Origin: Malacoraja senta
Taxonomy: Eukaryota
Length of the DNA: 64,000 bases
NCBI GenBank assembly: GCA_038087875.1
Contig: CM075993.1
Location: forward strand, 1,986,001-2,050,000
Direction of reading: 5' to 3'
Numbering within the stretch: the stretch's first letter is position 1; every line of letters begins with the position of its first letter. Positions 12,785 to 26,382 of the stretch are shown here, piece after piece. The notes under the pieces are model-generated. The model searched no databases. It had not been told where the DNA came from and saw only the letters and a program-made list of their open reading frames with translations. The translations under genes and the position numbers were made by a program.

Positions 12785-13135
12785 CCCAGTGGAAATTGGA
12801 GGAACAGCTCCGCATATTTTGCTTGGGCATCTTACACCCCAGCGGTATGAACATTGACTTCTCTAACTTCAAGTAACCCTTGCTTTCCCTCTCTCTCCAA
12901 CCCCTCCCCATCCCAGTTCTCCGACCAGTCTGACTGTCCTGATTAAAGTTTATCTCTGTATGCCTCGTTGTCATCTTCCCCTCAACTAACAATGATCCAT
13001 TCTAGTTTCCTTGATCCTCATCCCCTTTGATGTCTCATTTTCACACCTTACCATTCTTTACCTCTGTATCTCCCTCTACCCTGACTCTCAGTCTGAAGAA
13101 GGGTCTCGACCCAAAACATCACCCATTCCTCCTCT
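12785..13135 (+). mobile_element. Penelope fragment (GIY-YIG C-terminus + 3' repeat, decayed hammerhead)
   Basis: KLEEQLRIFCLGILHPSGMNIDFSNFK* followed by ctgaagaagggtctcgaccc. Confidence 0.8.
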
Positions 13136-14127
13136 CTTAATACCTAAACATCCCTTCCCAGCTTTGTTACATTTTTGCTGCTGCTAAGACCCTCGTTGTG
13201 TTTCAAAGCGAGCTGAGCATTTTGTTTTGTAGATTTCAGCTTCCACTGATTTTATTTTTGTTTTGCAATAAGCAACATAATGGATCTGTCCTTCTACCCT
13301 TTTGTAATTCCAAAAACATAACCCGTCAGTGAGAGACAATGACGGATTTCTGATGGCTGTGGAAAAAAGAACATATTTATTTCTAATGCAACATCACCAA
13401 ACAAATCATGGATGACATTAAATCCCTGGTTCCAACCTGCAGGGATGAATCTAACTTAAACACAGTGTATTTACACAACTGTATGAGGTATTACGGACCA
13501 AAGTCTCACAGGAAAAAATTATAGTTACTTGGAACCAACTGCAAAACATAAACTGCATTTTACAAAAATATAGAGGTTGCAATTGCTGAAGTATTAGATT
13601 TGCTAAGAGTGATGAAATTGCAAAAATATTAATAGCTAATTTGGAAAAATTGCAACACCATATATCATCCTTGAATTCGACTAAAATAAAATCAGCTTTC
13701 GTCTCTCTTCACGGATATTGGAACCACAGCGCTTTTTAAGTTTATTATATAGTCTTAGCTTTTATAGACTAGATGCTGTGCGGAAACAAGGCCATTCGGC
13801 CCATATAGTCTGCACCTACCATCAACTATCCAGTTTATATTAATCCCATACTTTTATTGTCCCCACATTCTCGTCATTTCAGTTTTCAGTTTAGTTTATT
13901 GTCACGTGTATCGAGGTACAGTGAAAAGCTTGTGTTGCGGGCTAACCAGTCAGCGGAAAGACAATACATGATTACAATCGAACCATTTACAGTGTACGGA
14001 TACATGAACAGGGGAATAATGTTTAGTGCAAGGTAAAGCCAGTAAAGTCCGATCAATGATAGTCCGAGAGTCATCAGTGAGGTGGATAGTAGTTCAGGAC
14101 CGCTCTCTAGTTGCGCGAGGTTGATTA

Positions 14128-14375
14128 AAGGGCCTGTTCCACTAGGGCGTCGTCTGCGCGTCACGCAAGTGGCGCGCGAAGATTTTGTGAATCCCGAAAT
14201 CTTGGGGCGCTGCGCGCGACCGCGCGTCACTGCCTAGGTCACCACGCACCATGCGCGCGTAATACACGGCATGCGCGCATCACGTGTGCGTCACGATGCG
14301 CGTGTCGTGCGTCGTGACGCGTAAATGATGTTGCGTAAATGACGCGCAAATGACACCCAAGTGGGACAGGCCCTT
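14128..14375. mobile_element. CpG-rich Harbinger-like MITE nested in a Rex1 tail (13880-14400, minus)
   Basis: TIR aagggcctgttccact / agtgggacaggccctt with TA/TWA flanks; the host LINE sequence resumes on both sides. Confidence 0.8.
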
Positions 14376-14612
14376 TAGTTGCCTGTTAACAGCTGGGAAG
14401 AGAATCATCAGCTTAATGCAAGCACTTGGCCTTTATTTGCTTGTCATTTTCGCATGAAATACCCTTTCAAAGTAAAAGCACGTCAGCAGATTGCAACTTC
14501 AATCCCTTTGTATACTCAAACACATGGAGCCTGACATTGTAATTCTCGGTGTAACATTAACTGAAGAAAAACACTTCTGGTGACCTGCACCGACTAACAG
14601 CTTCACTAATAA

Positions 14613-14961
14613 GACAAACACAAAAAGCTGGAGTAACTCAGCGGGACAGGCAGCATCTCCAGAGAGAAGGAATGGGTGACGTTTCGGGTCGAGACCCTTC
14701 TTCAGACTTTTTTTCCCCTTTACTGTTTAAATCGGGCAGCTTTCCTCTGCTCATAGATTTTCAAAGTTACTTTTAATTGGTTCCCTATGGAAAGCATTTT
14801 GCAATCAATTTTGCCTTCATAACACAAAGTATTTAAGAAGGAACTGCAGATGGTGGTTTAAACCGAAGATAGACACAAAAAGCTGGAGTGACTCAGCGGG
14901 ACAGGCAGCGTCTGTGGACAAAAGGAATAGGTGACGTTTCAGGTCGAGACCCTTCTTCAGA
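14613..14961 (-). mobile_element. Tandem Penelope 3' repeats with two hammerhead cores, inside one 12-bp direct repeat
   Basis: cttcactaataa at 14601-14612 and 14962-14973; cores at 14678-14705 and 14933-14960. Confidence 0.75.
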
Positions 14962-15292
14962 CTTCACTAATAACCTGTATTCATGGGCTTAATTGGTATA
15001 TTGTAAGAGTATTATGACTTAGCAAGTGTGGTGCTTTATGTATAACTCAATCCCACACAGCTTGATGGTTTAATGTTCTATACAAAGATTACACATAATA
15101 ATACACTGAGAGATAGACTCCGTCATTGTGTAGAAGATGTTTCTTACTTTAATGTAATAAAAAGGAACTGCAGGCGCTGGTTTATACCGAAGCTAGTCAG
15201 TTTGTAGGATGTAAAACTGGGATAACATAACTATTGCTGGAGTGGACCGTCAGAAGAAGGGTCTCAACCCGAAACGTCACCTATTCCTTATA

Positions 15293-15625
15293 AAAGCCCT
15301 GTCCCGCGACACGAGTTCATTCCAAGAGCTCTCCCGACTTTGCCCTGATTCGAACTCGGACATTTACGGTAATGGCTGCTCGTCGGTACTCGGGGCTCTC
15401 GTGGACATTTTTCAACATGTTGAAAAATCTTCCCGAGTCTTCCCGTGCTTACCTGCCGTTAGCGAGTCTTCCCGAGTACCTGCCGTTAGCGTTACGAGCC
15501 GCTAAGAGACGTCCCCGAGCTCCGACGTACCTGCTACGTTCATTCTCCGTGCTTACCACGAGTTTGATTTTTTTTTAAACTCGGGAGGGCTCTTGGAATG
15601 AACTCGTAGAGTGAGACAGGGCCAT
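15293..15625. mobile_element. Harbinger-like MITE (~330-bp family)
   Basis: TIR gccctgtccc...gagacagggc; inverted relative to the copy at 16668-16999. Confidence 0.8.
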
Positions 15626-16257
15626 TACTCAGCAGGACAGGCAGCATCTCTGGAAAGAAGGAATGGGTGACGTTTCTGGTCGAGACCATTCTTCAGACTC
15701 CAGAGATGCTGCCTGACCCGCTGTGTTACTCCAGCACTCTGTGCCTTGTCTCAGTATATGGACATTGGGAAAGAAGCCTCACTTGTTGCGTCTACCGTCA
15801 CCATTCATAAATATGAAAAACACATAACCTTCAGAATAAATCATCGCACTGTTTGTTTTGAAGCTCTGCAGTCCAATGCATCTGAAAAATCAAATGTGTA
15901 AACATCTTTAAAGATTCATCTATAAATATTAATAGCGACATTCAATATCTGAAAATATTACCGTCAGAATGTGTGGAAAATTAAGATATTCTTCTTCTCC
16001 GGCTTAATAAATTTGAATTATTACCAAGAGCACTGGGCAGAAAAAGAGGAATCTGCATTTGTAGAATAACTTTCATGACATTAGTTTCCTCCAACTCCAA
16101 AGGATATGAGGGAACTGCAGTTGCTGGTTTAAACCAAAGATCGACACAAAAAGCTGGAGTAACTCAGCGGGAAAGGCAGCATCTCTGGAGAGAAGGAATA
16201 GGTGACGTTTTGGGTCTGAAGATGTGTCTTGACCCGAAACATCACAGGTGATTGATG

Positions 16258-16610
16258 TTTAAGAAAGAACTGCAGATGCTGGAAAAATCGAAGGTAGACA
16301 AAAATGCTGGAGAAACTCGGCGGGTGAGGCAGCATCTATGGAGCGAAGGAAATAGGTGACGTTTCGGGTCGAGACTAGGAAACATCTATGGAGCGAAGGA
16401 ATAGGTGATGTTTCGGGTCGAGACCAGGAAGCATCTATGGAGCGAAGGAATAGGTGACGTTTCGGGTCGAGACCAGGAAGCATCTATGGAGCGAAGGAAT
16501 AGGTGACGTTTCGGGTCGAGACCCTTCCGGGTCTCGACCCGAAACGTCACCTATTCCTTCGCTCCATAGATGCTGCCTCACCCGCTGAGTTTCTCCAGCA
16601 TTTTTTGCCT
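16258..16610. mobile_element. Penelope-derived fold-back composite with four tandem ~50-bp units
   Basis: Unit gcatctatggagcgaaggaataggtgacgtttcgggtcgagac x4, then an inverted arm; degenerate TSD 16244-16257 / 16611-16624. Confidence 0.8.
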
Positions 16611-16667
16611 ACAGCTGATCGATGCTCGGTGTGGACTCGGTGGGCCTGAGGGTCTGTTTGCATCCTA

Positions 16668-16999
16668 ATAGCCCTGTCCCGCGGTTCGAGTTCATTCCAA
16701 GAGCTCTCCCGAGTTTAAAAAGAAATCAAACTCGTGGTAAGCGCGGAGAATGAACGTAGCGGGTACGTCGGAGCTCGGGGACGTCTCTGAGCGGCTCGTA
16801 ACGCTAACGGCAGGTACTCGGGAAGACTCGCTAACGGCAGGTAAGCACGGGAAGACTCGTGAAGATTTTTCAACATGTTGAAAAATGTCCACGAGAGCCC
16901 CGAGTACCGACGAGCGGCCATTACCGTAATTCTCCGAGTTCGAATCAGGGCAAACTCGGGAGAGCTCGTGGAATGAACTCGTACCGTGGGACAGGGGTT
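16668..16999. mobile_element. Harbinger-like MITE (~330-bp family)
   Basis: TIRs gccctgtccc / gggacagggg; taa flanks. Confidence 0.8.
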
Positions 17000-17039
17000 T
17001 AACTAAAACAAACTAGGACAACAGTAAAGATTAAATGAG

Positions 17040-17400
17040 AGCAAATATTTAACGAGAAGAATATAAACAGGGTTCTAACCGAAAGCTCTTCAGATGTTAT
17101 TATAATGGAGAGGACAATGTTAATGTTGTAATTAAGGATGAACTATGTGTCAAGTGTCGAACATAACGAGCTTTGTAAATGACGATGAATTAAGGGTCCT
17201 AGTATCTTGGAAAGTGGATAACCGGTGAGTCCCGGATGAAATATATGAAAGGCTAAAGAAGGAAATGAGAGAAAATTACAGAGGGCTAGCCCATCAATTT
17301 ACAATCGTCCCAAACTCCAGGAAGGATGCTGCGAGTTCGAAAGATATTGTGTCTTTAGATGGAACAGGAAGAGATAAATGAAGTAATTACAGGCCAGTTA
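17040..17400 (+). mobile_element. Highly decayed CR1 ORF2 fragment
   Basis: Remnants of KVDK.PGPDEIY (aaagtggataa...cccggatgaaatatat) and SNYRPV (agtaattacaggccagtt). Confidence 0.55.
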
Positions 17401-17899
17401 AGGGCCTGGGCCGTCATTTGCTCCTCATTTACGCGTTATATGTAAAATAGGTCGACGCGTCATCACTTTCTATGTTTCTATGTTTGTGATTGATTGATTG
17501 AACTGATTAATTGAAAGACACAGCATGCAATAAAAAAAATCTTATAATAACAGTTGTGGTTTAATAGCTTCAGGAAGCAGTGAAGAGTCATTTGATTTAG
17601 AAGACTCTTTGATTGGGAAATTATAGGATTGTGCTATACCTTTATTACTGTAGGGATAAACGAATCACATTCTTCTGCTGTCATCTCACCGCCAATATTA
17701 TTTGTAATAATATTTGTCTCCTTTTCTCTCTTTATTCCACTTGAATCAACAGTCGGTGAAATTGCTTTCAGTGTTTTTGTTCTATCAGTGTTTATTCTAT
17801 CTGACGAAGGTCCCAACACAAAACGTCACCTATACATGTTCTCCAGAGATGCTGCTTGACCCGCTGAGTTACTCCAGCCCTTTGTGTCTTTTAACATGT

Positions 17900-19230
<1,331 letters not shown>

Positions 19231-19749
19231 GACGCTGACTGCACTCTGAAAACTTTTAATTTAGTATTTACTAAGAGACGTTGCCAGCGTTTATCTGTTT
19301 TCCAGGTGTTTAATTGCTTATATTTTTAACATGATGAAGTTACTCTTCCATTCCACTTCTCCTCTGGGATTCCAAGCGTGGACAACTGTAGCTTAATCAA
19401 GCTGAAAAGCAAACGGAGGTTCTCTCAGGTCCTAGTGCTCACCACCGCATGAAGCAGAACAAAGTCCCCAGACGTGGTAGCAACCTGCAGATGCTGGAAT
19501 CCAGAGTTAAAACACAAACGTCTAGAGTTGCAATGGGTCTGACAGGAGGGAATCCACAGCCGATTTTTATTTTTTATTTTTTTATTTTAAGCTTTATTTA
19601 ACCAGGAGAAGTCTAGGTCAACGAAAAGGGCTGCACAGTGTTGCTTATTGTCTAAAAATTCAATAAAATCCAATAAATTTTGGTTTTTGTTTTTTTAAAC
19701 CAAAATTCAATATGTTTCTGATCGGACGTTAAACCAACAATCTGGTCGT

Positions 19750-20490
19750 CTGGGCGCAGCGGGTAGAACTGCTGCCCTACAGCGCCAGAGACCCAGGTTC
19801 GATCCTGACCTGTGACCGCGTGGGTTTTCTCCGGGTGCTCTGGTTTCCTCCCACATTCCAAAGGCATGTGGGTTTGTAACATAGAAACATAGACAATAGA
19901 CGCAGGAGTAGGCCATTCGGCCCTTCGAGCCAGCACCGCCATTCAATATGATCATGGCTGATCATCCAAAATCAGTACCCCGTTCCTGCCATCTCCCCAT
20001 ATCCCTTGATTCCGTTAGGCCCTAAGAGCATAGATCCAACTCTCTCTTGAATGCAGCTTGGTTGGTTAATTGCCTTCTGTAAATTGTCCCTGGTGTGTAT
20101 GATGATCGCTGGTCGGCACGGACGGTGGGCCGAAGGGCCTGTTTCCATGCTGTATCTCTAAACTACACTAACCTAAAAGGGGGAAGTGTGGGAAGGAACT
20201 GCAGATGCTGGTTTACACCAGAGATAGACACAAAATGTTGGAGTAACTCAGCGGGACAGGCAGCATCTGTGGAGAGAAGGAATGGGTGATGTTTTGGATC
20301 GAGACCCTTCTTCAGACTGGAATGGACCACACTCCAATGACGCACAGGTTTGTAGAATAATTGGATTTGGTATGAATGTAAAATTGTCCCGAGTGTGTGT
20401 AGGATTGTGTTAGTGTGCGGGGATCGCTGGTCGGCGTGGACTCGGTGGGCCGAAGGGCCTGTTTCTGCGCTGTATCGCTAAACTAAACTC
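19750..20490 (+). mobile_element. V-SINE interrupted by a CR1 tail (minus, ~19878-20050), plus a Penelope fragment and a second SINE tail
   Basis: Recognisable nested motifs of each family. Confidence 0.7.
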
Positions 20491-21035
20491 AACCTAACGA
20501 AACCAAAATTCAATATTTGAATTCAATGTTGAAGGAAGTCTGATCACACGATGACTTCACCATTGCAATATTAATGGCTAGAATATTGAGAATGTGCTCC
20601 TAGTATCAAAAAACTAATTTGCACCCTATCGCTATGAAAGTCTAATGGCCGGTACTTAAAATATTATTGCAATAATTTTCCTGTGTTAATGTTGCGACAG
20701 AGGATTAAAAACTGATTAAAAACGAACGCAACGCCAAGTGTAGTAAATCAAACTTCAGTTCCAGATTCCAGCGTAAATATTTATTGTCGCTGCCCACAGC
20801 AGAGTTAGTTCATTATGGAAATGTTAGGTTTCACCATGTGTTAATAACAGTTATCTCGTTCAGCTGAAACGGGATTTGATTAAGCCCTGCACTAAGTCGC
20901 CCTAATTGCTAAAACAAGCACGGTTCTTTACCAGTGGGAAGAAGAGAAAGCTGTTCAATGCTGGTTGATCAATAAGGTTGTCATGGCTTTATCCCGTTCA
21001 TAGGTTGGCTTGGCCTTGTGCAAGCCCATGTTATA

Positions 21036-21820
21036 CCTCCACGCTGCCTCAGCAAGCATAATCACGGACGAGTCGCACCCTGGCCACTCCCTCTTCTCCC
21101 CTCTCCCATCGGGCAAAAACATAGAAACATAGAAAAACTGGTGCAGGAGTAGGCCATTCAGCCCTTCGAGCCAGCACCGCCATTCAATATGATCATGGCT
21201 GATCATCCAAAATCAGTACCCCATTCCTGCTTTTTCCCCCATATCACTTGATTCCTTTAGCCCTAAGAGCTAAATCTAACTCTCTCATGAAAACATCCAG
21301 TGAATTGGCCTTCACTGCCTTCAGTGGTAAAGAATTCCACAGATTCACAACTCTCTGGGTGAAAACATTTTCCCTCATCTCAGTCCTCAAGAGGTACAGA
21401 AGTGTGAAAACGCACATCTCCAGATTCAGGGACAGTTTCTTCCCAGCTGTTATCAGGCAACTGAACCATCCTACCACAACTAGAGAGCAGTTCTGACCCA
21501 TTATCTACCTCATCGAGGACCCTCGGACTGTCTTTGATCGGACCTCATACACAAAACGCTGGACTAACTCAACGGGAATGGCAGTATCTCGCGATAGAAG
21601 GAATGGGTGACGTTCCGTGTCGAGACCCTTCTTCAGACTTTCTTCAGATCAGACTTTGCTGGCTTTACCTTGCACTAAACGTTATTCCCTTATCATGTAT
21701 CTATACACTGTGAACGGCTCGATTGTAATCATGTATTGTCTTTCTGCCGACTGGTTAGCACGCAACTAAAGCTTTTCACTGTACCTCCGTACACGGGACA
21801 ATAAACTGAACTGAACTGTA
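21036..21820 (+). mobile_element. Rex1/Babar LINE 3' end interrupted by a CR1 3' end (minus, ~21118-21388)
   Basis: SHPGHSLFSPLPSGK | RYRSVKTHISRFRDSFFPAVIRQLN continues across the CR1 insert. Confidence 0.8.
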
Positions 21821-21849
21821 TAGTCAAAGCACAGGCCAGCGTGATAATG

Positions 21850-22150
21850 GGCATGCCACAACGGTAGAGTTGTTGCCTCACAGCGCCAAGACCCAGGTTC
21901 GATCCTGACTACGGGTGCTGTCTGTATGGAGTTTGCATGTTCTCCCCGTGACCTGCGTGGGTTTTCTCCGAGATCTTCCGTTTCCTCCTACACTCCAAAG
22001 ACGTGCAGGTATGTAGGTTAATTGGCTTGGTGTATGTGTAAAAATTGTCCCTAGTGTGTGTAGGATAGTGTTAATGTGCGGGGATCGCTGGTCGGCACGG
22101 ACCTGGTGGGCCGAAGGGCCTGTTTCCGCGCTGGATCGCTAAACTAAACG
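21850..22150 (+). mobile_element. V-SINE
   Basis: B-box, V-domain, tail. Confidence 0.85.
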
Positions 22151-22554
22151 AAATTAAACAAAATAACTTGAAAAAGTCGTGTTCATTTTCAATTAGACCA
22201 AGTGAACTTGAAAAACAAGCAAATGATTTCCTTAATATTCCCTGTGTGATGTTACTCTGTAAGTGAAGTAATCTTTTCAATTAACTGAGTATTATCTTAA
22301 CAAACTCAACTTCAAAAGAAGGATTACGTGAAGAGAATATTTTTAATTCCCTTCAGCAACCCAATCGAAATTAAAGCTCCCGCGCTTTGGACTTCACGTT
22401 TCCAGCTGCCTGGACTCTTAACTCCTGGAATTAGCACCAGTTACGTCTCCCCCCCACCCCATGTAAAACCTACATCTGGCCAAGCCAACTTGTTCAACTT
22501 CTTTATCAACCGATATTCTCCAATATGTCCTAAATATAATTTAAATCTTCACCA

Positions 22555-22870
22555 GGGACGGCACGGTGGCGCAGCGGTAGAGTTGCTGCCTCACAGCGCC
22601 AGAGACCCGGGTTCGATCCCAACTACGGGTGCTGTCTGTACGGAGTTTGTACGTTCTCCCCGTGACCCGCGTGGGTTTTATCCGAGATCTTCGGTTTCCT
22701 CCCACATTCCAAAGACCTGCAGGTTTGTACGTTAATTGGATTGGTATAAGTGTAAATTGTCCCTAGTGTGTGTGGGATGGCGTTAGTGTGTGGGGATCGC
22801 CGGTCGGTGCGGACCCGGTGGGCCGAAGGGCCTGTTTCCGTGCTGTATCTCTAAACTGAACTAAGCTAAA
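22555..22870 (+). mobile_element. V-SINE, full length
   Basis: ggcacggtggcgcagcggtagag...ggttcgatcc...tail. Confidence 0.88.
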
Positions 22871-23807
22871 TCATTATCCGGGTGATCCAGTTTCCTCCCA
22901 CACTCCAGTGGCGTGCAGGTATGTTTGTTAATTGGCTTTGGTAGAAATCTAAAATTGCCCCTGGTAGTTTAGGGACGGAGAATGGAAACAGGCCCTTCGG
23001 CCCTCCGAGCCCGTGCCGACCAGCGATCCCCCCCTACGCTAACACTATCCTACACACTAGGGACAAATTATTACTGAAGCCAATTAACTAGGGGAGGCTG
23101 GGGACTATTTGACATTTTGGGAGCCAATGGCCTTTGGCCTTCTTGATGGAGAAGTTATGAGAAGATGTTGGTGGAGGTGAGCAACTGCAGAGCATATTGA
23201 TGATGGCGCAGACTAGCGGCATGAAGGGATGAAGGCCACTAACACTCATCAAACGTAACGTAACAGGCCGTCCTTAGAGTCACCATTGCCACCATTTCTT
23301 GTTCACACTAGTTCACACAAGTTATAGGGGTAGAATTAGGCCATTTGGCCCATCGAGTCCACTCCTCCATTCAATCATGGCAGATCTCGGCCTCCTAATC
23401 CCATTTTCCTGCCTTCTGCTCACAACCCTTGACACCCGTTCCAATCAAGAATTTGTCTATCCCTGCCTTAAAAATATCCACTGACTTGGCCTCCACAGCC
23501 CTCTGTGGCAATGAGGTCAGGATCGAACCCGGCTCTCTGGCGCTGTGAGGCGGTGGCCCTGTACCACCCTTGTACAATACACTGCGCCGGACTTGTGTAT
23601 AGCTCGACTGTATTCATGTATAGTATTGGAAGGAACTACAGATACTGGTTTACACTGAAGATAGACACAAAATGCTGGAGTAACTCAGCGGGACAGGCAG
23701 CATCTCTGGAGAGAAGGAAAGGGTGGCGTTTGTGTCACCCATTCCCCCATTCCTTCTCTTTGTCCTGTGAGTTACTCCAGCAGTTTGTGTCCATCTCAGG
23801 TATATTG

Positions 23808-24232
23808 TGTTTAAGAAAGAACTGCAGATGCTGGAAAAATCGAAGGTAGACAAAAATGCTGGAGAAACTCAGCGGGTGAGCCAGCATCTATGGAGAGAAG
23901 GAATAGGCGACGTTTCGGGTCGAGACCCTTCTTCAGACTGATGTGGGGGTGGGGGCGGGAAGAAGAAAGGAAGAGGCGGAGACAGTGGGCTGTGGGAGAG
24001 CTGGGAAGGGGAGGGGAAGGAGGGAGAAAGCAGGGACTACCTGAAATTGGAGAAGTCAATGTTCATACCGCTGGGGTGTAAACTACGCAAGCGAAATATG
24101 AGGTGCTGCTCCTCCAATTTGCGGTGGGACTCACTCTGGCTACGGAGGAGGCCCAGGACAGGAAGGTCGGATTCGGAATGGGAGGGGGAGTTGAAGTGAG
24201 GAGCCACTGGGAGATCAGGTTGGTTATTGCAA
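23808..24232 (-). mobile_element. Penelope 3' end (GIY-YIG C-terminus + hammerhead 23909-23936)
   Basis: Encodes the RKLEEQHLIFRL...TPSGMNIDFSNFR* terminus. Confidence 0.85.
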
Positions 24233-24395
24233 ACTAATATGACCTGTTTTCATTAGATAGCACGCAAACGAAAGCTTTTCACCGTACCCTGGTACACATG
24301 GCAGTATTGAACTAAGACCAGATTCCAAATATATGACATGTCCTATAAACATGTCCTTATTTTGTCCTGTAAATGGATGCTAGGCATAATGTGAA

Positions 24396-24838
24396 GAAAG
24401 ACTGGATAGACTCGGCTTGTACTCGCTAGAATTTAGAAGATTGAGGGGGGATCTTATAGAAACGTACAAAATTCTTAAGGGGTTGGACAGGCTAGATGCA
24501 GGAAGATTGTTCCCAATGTTGGGGAAGTCCAGAATAAGGGGTCACAGTTTAAGGATAAGGGGGAAATCTTTTACGACCGAGATGAGAAAAACATTTTTTA
24601 CACAGAGAGTGGTGAATCTGTGGAATTCTCTGCCACAGAAGGTAGTCGAGGCCAGTTCATTGGCTATATTTAAGAGGGAGTTAGATGTGGCCCTTGTGGC
24701 TAAAGGGATCAGGGGGTATGGAGAGAAGGCAGCTACAGGATACTGAGTTGGATGATCAGCCATGATCATATTGAATGGCGGTGCAGGCTCGAAGGGCAAA
24801 AATGGCCTACTCCTGCACCTATTGTCTATGTATCTATG
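24396..24838 (+). mobile_element. CR1/HER1-type LINE 3' end
   Basis: ORF 24417-24746 YSLEFRRLRGDLIETYKILKG...NLWNSLP; forms an inverted pair with 25814-26238. Confidence 0.9.
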
Positions 24839-24960
24839 TGTACTGTGATGGAAGCTGCAATGCCTGGTGGGTTTGGTGTTAGTGTTGTGTAGGAGCAGAC
24901 GAGGGCATTCGATCCAATTTGTGATTCCAGCTACCAAGACAGATGTGTACAGCAATTCAA

Positions 24961-25202
24961 AACACAGACAGACAGACACACATACACACACACACATGCA
25001 CACGTACACACATGCACACGTACACACATGCACACGTACACACATGCACACATACACACATGCACACACACACATGCACACGTACACACATGCACACACA
25101 CACATGCACACGTACACACATACACACACACACATGCACACACACACATGCACACGTACACACATGCACACGTACACACATGCACACACACACACATACA
25201 CA

Positions 25203-25243
<41 letters not shown>

Positions 25244-25350
25244 ATACACACACTTACCATTTGTAATCACAGGAATAGACATACAAATGCATGAACACAC
25301 ATGCACAATATGATAAACATACAACACGCATGCCCATACACACATATTTA
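24961..25350. repeat. (CA)-rich microsatellite with cacatgcacacgta subunits
   Basis: Direct inspection. Confidence 0.95.
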
Positions 25351-25813
25351 CACGGATGTAGATGCATTTAAATATGTTGTTGGGGATGGTGTGTAATTAA
25401 AACCTATTTGCTTCTGCTAAGACGGTACAGCAGAGGGGAGTTCTGTAATCCGTGACTCTGTACTTCCTGTTTTCTGGGCGGGATGGATCCAGGTTTCCCG
25501 GGATACAGCTGGCAGCTTCCCAAACATCCTTCGGCAGATGTGGTCTTGTGATTTGAGCTCTCCTCCAGCCAGCTATTATTCCAATCCTTCGTTTTGCTTT
25601 CCAGAGCATCTGTTGCCTGGAACAAATCCCCTACTTAATGCCGGGGACTTGTCCAGGCAGCTGTCCCAGTCGATGTTGGAAGCCAACGCTGCTCTAGTCG
25701 AACAGATACAATTAAAAATCTTACTTGCACTGTGAGACCAAAATAATTCAGTTTCACTTTTGTTATCGTCGACAGGAAGACCAGAAACACTGAGTGTGGG
25801 TTGCATTTACCTA

Positions 25814-26238
25814 AACATAGAAACATAGACATAGAAAATAGGTGCAGGAGTAGGCCATTCGGCCCTTCGAGCCTGCACCGCCATTCAATATGATCATGGC
25901 TGATCATCCAACTCAGTATCCTGTACCTGCCTTCTCTCCATACCCCCTGATCCCTTTAGCCACAAGGGCCACATCTAACTCCCTCTTAAATATAGCCAAC
26001 GAACTGGCCTCAACTACATTCTGTGGCAGAGAGTTCCACAGATTCACCACTCTCTGTGTGAAAAATGTTTTTCTCATCTCGGTCCTAAAATACTTCCCTC
26101 TTATCCTTAAACTATGACCCCTAGTTCTGGACTTCCCCAACATCGGGAACAAATCTTCCTGCATTTAGCCTGTCCAACCCCTTAAGAATTTTGTAAGTTT
26201 CTATAAGATCCCCCCTCAATCTTCTAAATTCTAGTGAG
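25814..26238 (-). mobile_element. CR1/HER1-type LINE 3' end
   Basis: ORF 25913-26164; (catagaaa)n tail. Confidence 0.9.
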
Positions 26239-26382
26239 CTTCTAAAAACCATACACTTCGGCATCTGTTCCAGAATAATTTGGGAGAGCAGGGTGCAATA
26301 AGCATAATTCTTTCTCGTTAATCCATAAGACCTGGGCTCAGGTCACTTGTGAAGTAGAGTGAAAGGTACTATCACAAAAGTT

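Noticed and set aside
16331..16530. CRISPR-like appearance of ~50-bp repeats with a hairpin
   Set aside because: No unique spacers, eukaryotic context, and the units are Penelope fragments.
22555..22635. tRNA gene
   Set aside because: The A/B boxes belong to the SINE head, which continues into the V-domain and LINE-like tail.
25397..25806. Possible coding exon (several 65-90-aa ORFs)
   Set aside because: No recognisable protein similarity in any frame; strand and splice sites are ambiguous.
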